Source: Candidatus Krumholzibacteriota bacterium (GTDB lineage Bacteria; Krumholzibacteriota; Krumholzibacteriia; JAJRXK01). Taken from it: a stretch of 64,000 nucleotides of DNA. Under the pieces are notes generated by a model, which saw only the letters and a list, made by a program, of their open reading frames with translations, was not told the origin of the DNA and ran no database searches. The translations under genes were made by a program, and so were the position numbers. Every line of letters starts with the position of its first letter. Positions within the stretch are counted from its first letter, which is position 1. Shown one piece after another: positions 53,976-64,000 of the stretch. The stretch is taken from the NCBI GenBank assembly GCA_963764625.1, contig CAVXTH010000005.1:1-64000 (forward strand), given 5' to 3'.

Positions 53976-54132
53976 GCAATTCGAGCGGATTCCGGAGAAA
54001 ACACTCGGAGCTAATCTATTGTCATGAAACTAGTTAGAACCACAGCCGGGGAGAGGGTCCCGCCCTACAAAAAACTAAACCATCAAGCAATTTAATGTTC
54101 CAGAAAATAATTTTACTTTTTGGGGAAAACTC

Positions 54133-54495
54133 TCAGAGCTCGGAGTGCCCTGTCTCGTCGGAGCTGGTCGCGGATTCGAACTCGACGGTGTCGGCGACTT
54201 CACCGTCATAGAGCAAAGTGTCAGGATCGCCCTTGAGAACGATACGCACCCGCGTGGACTGGTTCTTCTCCAGAGCAGCGATGACGCCCTTGATGAGATC
54301 GGTGCCCGACTGGACCGTGAGATCGATCGGCTCGCTGGTGTCGACGACCAGGACCTGAGTCGCCGAGGGCAGCTCGTGGGTTCCGGCCTCGAGGGTGGTC
54401 TTGATGGCCCATTTCGCCTCAGCCGGCCGCAAAGTCAGGGACGTGAAGAGTGCGACGAAGAGGAGAAGAACGGCAAGAATGCTGGCGCGGAACAT
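54133..54495 (-). CDS. Small secreted hypothetical protein
   Basis: Signal peptide MFRASILAVLLLFVAL...AEA; GGGAGG SD. Confidence 0.75.
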   Translation of the reverse strand: MFRASILAVLLLFVALFTSLTLRPAEAKWAIKTTLEAGTHELPSATQVLVVDTSEPIDLTVQSGTDLIKGVIAALEKNQSTRVRIVLKGDPDTLLYDGEVADTVEFESATSSDETGHSEL

Positions 54496-54610
54496 GAAAA
54501 TCCCTCCCCCGTAGGGTCCTCAGCAGCGTGGCCCCTAGTGTTCATCTACTATACGGCTTGTGGGCCGCCGAGCGAAACCCTTTTCTGGCTCGTTTTCGGC
54601 CAATGCACCC

Positions 54611-58933
<4,323 letters not shown>

Positions 58934-59029
58934 GCGCGCACGTACCGGTCGAAGGAAGAGAATCCGGGGAGAACGCCCCCTCTCACTCTACTCCAAGCGC
59001 GCCTGCGCCTTCAACCGACCGCGGTAACA

Positions 59030-59866
59030 TTATTTTCCGGAAGAATCGATACCGGTATCCGGGGTCTTGGATTGGGGCCGCCACCGCACGCCCAAGAGCC
59101 AGCCCCAGTCCATGGCACGACTCTCCCGGGGCCCGGTGGAGAGACTGGCGCCCAGGTTCAGGCCCAGGTCGGCCGCGGGAAACCAGCTCACTTCGCCCTC
59201 GATCCAGACGCTCTTGGGGGCCCCCGCCATGTCGTAGCGAGCCTGGAGCGCCCCGCCGGCGCGGGTTCCCATGCCGTGCCAGGCCGCCATCAGCCCACTG
59301 GGCGAGGGCCAGGAACCGTTCGGCCGTACAAGAGCGGGCTCGTTTTGGGGCGGAGGAGAGACCCGGCGCGCATACCACCCCACCCAAGCCCTTCCTGAGG
59401 CCCAACGGCCCATGGAGAGTCGGAGTCGCAGCCCGATCGAGGAGGCGTCGCTCGCCACCGGAAAGAGGTTCTCATCCCCCAGGGGCAAGGTTCCATCCAC
59501 GTCGAAGGCAACTCCCCAGGCGCCCGCGGGACCCAGGTGGGTACAGAGCGCCACCCAGGCCGGTCCACCTCCGTATTCGGTGGCCTGCGGACGGGACACC
59601 CCGGCATAGCTCACCCCCCCACCCACCGCGACGCGGCCGGCCAGATTCTTCCAGCTCTGCAGGCGGTACCATTCGACGCGCGAATCATCGGGAAGGGTGA
59701 AGACCCGCAGCTGAAGATCGACCGGCGGAGTCTGGTCGGGAAAGTCCAGGGAGTCGAGGGCCAAGGGGGGCAGGAGTTGCTGGCGGGGTGGAGCCGCGCT
59801 CGCCGCTCGCGCCAGCAGCACCGCCAAAACCAGAATCGAGAGCGGGATCCGCGCGGGGATCTTCAT
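59030..59866 (-). CDS. Secreted hypothetical protein, possible outer-membrane beta-barrel
   Basis: Signal peptide; amphipathic strands ending ...WLLGVRW. Confidence 0.6.
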   Translation of the reverse strand: MKIPARIPLSILVLAVLLARAASAAPPRQQLLPPLALDSLDFPDQTPPVDLQLRVFTLPDDSRVEWYRLQSWKNLAGRVAVGGGVSYAGVSRPQATEYGGGPAWVALCTHLGPAGAWGVAFDVDGTLPLGDENLFPVASDASSIGLRLRLSMGRWASGRAWVGWYARRVSPPPQNEPALVRPNGSWPSPSGLMAAWHGMGTRAGGALQARYDMAGAPKSVWIEGEVSWFPAADLGLNLGASLSTGPRESRAMDWGWLLGVRWRPQSKTPDTGIDSSGK

Positions 59867-59909
59867 TCTGTGACCCGGCTGAAGGAGACGAGCTCAGTCT
59901 AGCAGACGA

Positions 59910-60293
59910 TCAACTCTTACCCATGATGAGTTGAATCTCGCCGTGTTCGCTGAAACGGACTCGAGCCGTCCGTCGATTTCCGGGAAGAACCACGATTTCC
60001 AGCACCACGCCATAGTCGTTCCAGCTGCGATGGTGGACGATGTCCCCCACCTCGTATTCGTAAGCGGAGTCGTACGGCACCGCCTTGCTGATGTCGATCT
60101 CGTCGAGGAGATCTTCACTCGGAGCCTGCGTGGCCCCCTCCCCCGCTTCCTCCATGTGGGGAAGGATGCCCTTGCAACGCGGGCACTTCAACCAGATGAC
60201 GCCGTCCTCGCTGGTATCGCTGACCACCGTCATTTCTAGGTGATCTTTGCAAACCGAACAGTACTGGCGCATGGCAGTGACCTGCTGTGGCAT
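59910..60293 (-). CDS. Small protein: zinc ribbon plus Tudor/SH3-like C-terminal domain
   Basis: CSVC...CPRC, acidic linker, YEVGDIVHHRSWNDYGVVLE...VRFSEHG. Confidence 0.7.
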   Translation of the reverse strand: MPQQVTAMRQYCSVCKDHLEMTVVSDTSEDGVIWLKCPRCKGILPHMEEAGEGATQAPSEDLLDEIDISKAVPYDSAYEYEVGDIVHHRSWNDYGVVLEIVVLPGNRRTARVRFSEHGEIQLIMGKS

Positions 60294-60324
60294 GGTGATT
60301 GATCTTTCCCGTGGGGATCCCGCT

Positions 60325-60510
60325 TTACCTTCGGGATACGACGACCTTGCAGCAGTCCTCTGCTTCTTCCTTCAGGTTATAACGCATTCCGCAAACCAGG
60401 CAACGGTAAGAACCGTTCAACCGTCCCTCTCGTTCAGCCTTTTCGATCAGTTGATCGTAGCGCACGAAATGCTTTTCCTTCACGAGGGACGAGTCTTCGG
60501 ACTTGGTCAT
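60325..60510 (-). CDS. 61-aa zinc-finger-like small protein
   Basis: GGGAGG SD before ATG 60510; YRCLVCGMRY...AEDCC. Confidence 0.65.
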   Translation of the reverse strand: MTKSEDSSLVKEKHFVRYDQLIEKAEREGRLNGSYRCLVCGMRYNLKEEAEDCCKVVVSRR

Positions 60511-60652
60511 TTTCCCTCCCTGAGACCGAATTCCATCATTCACATCTACCACACCGTTACTCAGGAAGTTGTTTATCTCAGAAGCGTATCAACGGTGGCG
60601 CGATCATACGTATTGGGCGCACGAGCGTCAAGCTGCTCGAACTTTCCATCGC

Positions 60653-61795
60653 TCATGAGATCGAATCCAACGCCTTCTTCAAATCCTCCTGAAGATCTTC
60701 TACATCCTCGATGCCCACACTGATACGCACGAGACCGTCGGTGATTCCCAGCTCTTCGCGAATCTCCTTCGGTACCGTGCCGTGCGTCATCATGGCGGGA
60801 TGAGAGATCAAGCTCTCCACTCCACCGAGGCTTTCTGCCAGAGTGAAGATTTCTACGCTTTTTACGACAGTTTGCGCCGCCGCGAGCGATCCGAGATCGA
60901 AGGAGATCATCCCGCCGAAACCACGCATTTGACTCCGTGCGAGCGCGTGCCCGGGATGCGACGGAAGCCCTGGATAGTAGATTTTTTTCACTTCTTTTCG
61001 CTCCGCGAGCCAAGCAGCAATGTGCTTCGCGTTGGCTTCGTGCTGGCGCATGCGCACCGCCAGCGTCTTCACGCCTCGCAGCGCGAGCCAACAGTCCCAA
61101 GGACCCGGAATCGCCCCGGCCGCATTCTGCAAAAACTTCAGACTCGCGTAGATCTCCTCGTCGCTCGTGAGCACCACCCCACCGACCATGTCGCTGTGAC
61201 CATTGAGGTACTTGGTGGTGGAGTGCACACATACATCGGCGCCCAGGGCCAGAGGGTTCTGGAAGTAGGGGCTCATGAAAGTGTTGTCGACCACAAGCTT
61301 CGCGCCTTTCGCGTGGGCCAGCTCGGCGCAGGCCTTGATGTCGGTGACGGTCAGGATGGGATTGGTGGGAGTCTCGACGAACAGGAGTTTGGTCTTCTCG
61401 GTGAAGGCCTTCTCCACCTGGGAGAGATCGCTGGTGTCGGCGAAGTGGAAGCGCTGGCCGAAACGCTTGAGCACCATTTCGAAGAGCCGATAGGTTCCTC
61501 CGTACACGTTCGAGGTGCAGATGATCTCGTCGCCACCGTTCAAGGTCTGCAGGATCGCGTGGATCGCTGCCGTCCCGCTGCCGAACGCCACTCCGTGACT
61601 TGCCCCCTCGAGGGCGGCAATACAGGCTTCCAGGGCCTCTCGGGTGGGATTCTGCGTGCGCGCGTATTCGTAGCCCCGGTGCTCACCGATTCCGTCCTGT
61701 GCATAGGTGGAAGTCTGGAACACCGGTGTCATTACCGCGCCGGTGATCGGTTCTGGTTCTTGCCCCGCGTGAATCGCGAGAGTCGAGAAGCCCAT
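60653..61795 (-). CDS. Cystathionine gamma-lyase/synthase (PLP)
   Basis: YARTQNPTR, ETPTNP, VDNTFMSP, HSTTKYLNGHSD, AESLGGVESL; follows CBS, which favours reverse transsulfuration. Confidence 0.93.
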   Translation of the reverse strand: MGFSTLAIHAGQEPEPITGAVMTPVFQTSTYAQDGIGEHRGYEYARTQNPTREALEACIAALEGASHGVAFGSGTAAIHAILQTLNGGDEIICTSNVYGGTYRLFEMVLKRFGQRFHFADTSDLSQVEKAFTEKTKLLFVETPTNPILTVTDIKACAELAHAKGAKLVVDNTFMSPYFQNPLALGADVCVHSTTKYLNGHSDMVGGVVLTSDEEIYASLKFLQNAAGAIPGPWDCWLALRGVKTLAVRMRQHEANAKHIAAWLAERKEVKKIYYPGLPSHPGHALARSQMRGFGGMISFDLGSLAAAQTVVKSVEIFTLAESLGGVESLISHPAMMTHGTVPKEIREELGITDGLVRISVGIEDVEDLQEDLKKALDSIS

Positions 61796-61798
61796 GTC

Positions 61799-63196
61799 CT
61801 AGTGTCCCTCCTGGACGAAGTCGATGAGATCGTATCGGGTGAGAATTCCGCTCACGTGACCGTGTTCCTCCACCAATACCGCGCCGTCCTTGCCGCTCAG
61901 GGTAGCGAGGATCTCGCTCATCCGCCGCGTGCCCTCTACGTGTGGGAGCGGCGGTTCCTGGAGCTCGCTCAGGCCTTGATTCATGCACTCCGGGTTGTCG
62001 AGCACCGCGGCCATGAGTCGACTGTCGGTCACCCGTCCCACCGGTGTTCCATCCTTCATCACCGGAAGCTGGCTCACTTCGTTCTGACGCATGAGCTCGA
62101 TGGCCTCGCGCACGGTGGCATTCAGGTCGACCGTGAGAAGAGTCTTCAGCTGCTTACCGCGACGGTGCAAGACGTCGCTCGCGGTGGCCGAGGAGGGCGA
62201 GAGGAAACGGTTCTCGCGCATCCAGTCGTCGTTGAAGATCTTCGACACGTACTTGCTTCCCGAATCCGGGAGAAGCACCACCACCATCTGCTCGGGTTTC
62301 ATCTCGCGCGCGAGCTCGAGGGCGACCGCGACGGCCGAACCACACGAGCCTCCCGCGAAGATCCCTTCCTCCTTGACCAGGCGGCGCGTGATGAGAAAGG
62401 AAGTCTCGTCGTTCACCCGCCGCACCTCGTCCACCGCGTCCCGGTAGAAGACGCTCGGAATGATGTCTTCGCCAATTCCCTCGACCTTGTAGGGCTGTGC
62501 TTCGCCGGTTTCCCCGGTGTCGTACCACTGCTTGAGAATGCTGCCCTGCGGATCGACGCCCACGATGCGCACTCTCGGGTTCTGCTCTTTGAGGTACCTT
62601 CCGGTGCCGCTGATCGTGCCGCAGGTGCCCAGGCCGGCCACGAAAGCGGAGATCTTGCCTTCGGTCTGGGCCCAGAGCTCGGGTCCGGTCGTCTCATAGT
62701 GCGCGCGTGGATTGGCGTCGTTGAAGTATTGGTTCGTCCAGACGCAGTTCTCGGTGGTCTCGGCGATGTGTCGAGCGATGGAGTAGTAGCTCTCGGGGTG
62801 GTCCGGGGCCACGTTGCTCGGGGTGACGATGACCTCCGCGCCCATGGCGCGTAGAAGGCTGATCTTCTCCGAACTCATTTTGTCGGGCATGGTGCAGATC
62901 AAGCGGTAACCACGCACGGCGCAGGAAAGGGCCAGGCCCATTCCGGTGTTGCCGCTGGTGCACTCGACCACCGTGCCGCCGGGAGCGAGCAGTCCCTGCT
63001 CTTCGGCCGCGTTCAGCATGGAAGCGCCGATGCGATCCTTCACACTTCCGCCGGGATTGAGCATCTCCATCTTCGCGTACACGCGCGCACCCTTGGGGTC
63101 GGGCATCTTGCGCAAGCGGACCAGGGGCGTGTTTCCGATGGCCTCGGTGACGTCCTCGAGTACGGGGGGAATGAAAGCGTCCTTTGGAACATTCAT
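61799..63196 (-). CDS. cbs: Cystathionine beta-synthase with C-terminal CBS domains
   Basis: IGNTPLV, NPGGSVKDR, TSGNTG, GTCGT, YKVEGIGED, PDSGSKY; CBS pair SQLPV...GILTRYD. Confidence 0.92.
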   Translation of the reverse strand: MNVPKDAFIPPVLEDVTEAIGNTPLVRLRKMPDPKGARVYAKMEMLNPGGSVKDRIGASMLNAAEEQGLLAPGGTVVECTSGNTGMGLALSCAVRGYRLICTMPDKMSSEKISLLRAMGAEVIVTPSNVAPDHPESYYSIARHIAETTENCVWTNQYFNDANPRAHYETTGPELWAQTEGKISAFVAGLGTCGTISGTGRYLKEQNPRVRIVGVDPQGSILKQWYDTGETGEAQPYKVEGIGEDIIPSVFYRDAVDEVRRVNDETSFLITRRLVKEEGIFAGGSCGSAVAVALELAREMKPEQMVVVLLPDSGSKYVSKIFNDDWMRENRFLSPSSATASDVLHRRGKQLKTLLTVDLNATVREAIELMRQNEVSQLPVMKDGTPVGRVTDSRLMAAVLDNPECMNQGLSELQEPPLPHVEGTRRMSEILATLSGKDGAVLVEEHGHVSGILTRYDLIDFVQEGH

Positions 63197-63370
63197 GGGC
63201 TCGGGGCAGGTTGCCCTCGCCTCCTTTCGCGCACGGAATCAGCGCCTAGAGCTTGCTTCACGACCCAGGGCTCGGGCGATCGAATCCGCGGGAAACTACC
63301 ATCAGAGCACCTCCTGCGTCAAGGCGACCCGCGCGGAAGGGAAAGGCTAATCTATTTCAATTCAAGAACT

Positions 63371-64000
63371 TCAGCCTTTGGCCGTGGCGGAAGTCGAGCG
63401 CGCGAAGGCGAGGACCTCGCCCACGGTGGAAAGCCCCCGGCTTCGCAGCTCGGAGAGCTCGTGCAGGAGCACGTGGGCGGTGGCGGTGGCGTCGGCGATG
63501 GCTCGGTGTTGGCGATCGAGAGGGACCTCGAGGCGGCGGGCGACCGCGCCCAGGCGAAAGGCACCCCACTCGGGATGCATCCTCCGCGAGAGCCGGACGG
63601 TGCAGAGTTGAGGCCAGGGATGAGGACGATGTCCGGACTCCCTCACCTGGCGCCGCAGAAAGGGATAGTCGAAATCCACGTTGTGGGCGACGAAGACACT
63701 GCCCTCCAAGAGTTCCAGGACTCGCGGGGCGATCTGATGAAAGCGGGGAGCGTCTTGCAGCATCGAGTCTTTGATCCCGGTCAGACCCTGAATCCATCGG
63801 GGGACGGGTTTCATCGGATTCACCAGACTGTGGAAGCTTCCCCGCACGCGCCCACGATCGACCCGCACCACGGCCACGTCGATGATGCGATCGATTCCCA
63901 AACGGCTGCCGGTGGCTTCGAGATCGACCACCGCGAAAGCGGCATCCTGCAGACGAAGATGACGATAGGGAGAGGATCTGAGTTCCCACAGTCCCCGGTG
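63371..64000 (-). CDS. DEDDh 3'-5' exonuclease (DnaQ-like), 5' end outside the window
   Basis: VVDLEATG, VAHNVDFD, HRAIADA; frame stays open to position 64000. Confidence 0.9.
   Translation of the reverse strand, partial: HRGLWELRSSPYRHLRLQDAAFAVVDLEATGSRLGIDRIIDVAVVRVDRGRVRGSFHSLVNPMKPVPRWIQGLTGIKDSMLQDAPRFHQIAPRVLELLEGSVFVAHNVDFDYPFLRRQVRESGHRPHPWPQLCTVRLSRRMHPEWGAFRLGAVARRLEVPLDRQHRAIADATATAHVLLHELSELRSRGLSTVGEVLAFARSTSATAKG

Overview
GC-rich bacterial chromosomal window, mostly housekeeping, transport and metabolic genes. A peptidase with a C-terminal PNPFNP/FlgD-Ig-like domain hints at an FCB-affiliated candidate lineage (inference). Contents in order: two toxin-antitoxin loci (one toxin internally deleted), an 8-copy 39-bp-period repeat before a DnaE2-like polymerase, two TolC/MFP/RND systems, peptidases, hcrCAB-like genes, feoAB, a single-chain tandem Fur-Fur protein, a sigma54-type prkA-yeaH-spoVR operon, a 1440-aa TPR-containing sigma54 activator, and CBS/CGL. 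The main finding is a candidate two-RNA system. A ~710-nt highly structured non-coding RNA (39132-39841, minus, sigma70-type promoter) has a 5' hairpin complementary over 22 nt (21 Watson-Crick pairs plus 1 G-U) to the 5' end of a ~170-nt sigma54-type small RNA 14 kb away (53776-53949, minus), which lies downstream of the giant activator gene. About ten single-base frameshifts, nearly all +1 insertions, look like long-read errors rather than real pseudogenes. All calls come from reading the sequence by eye; no searches or folding programs were run.
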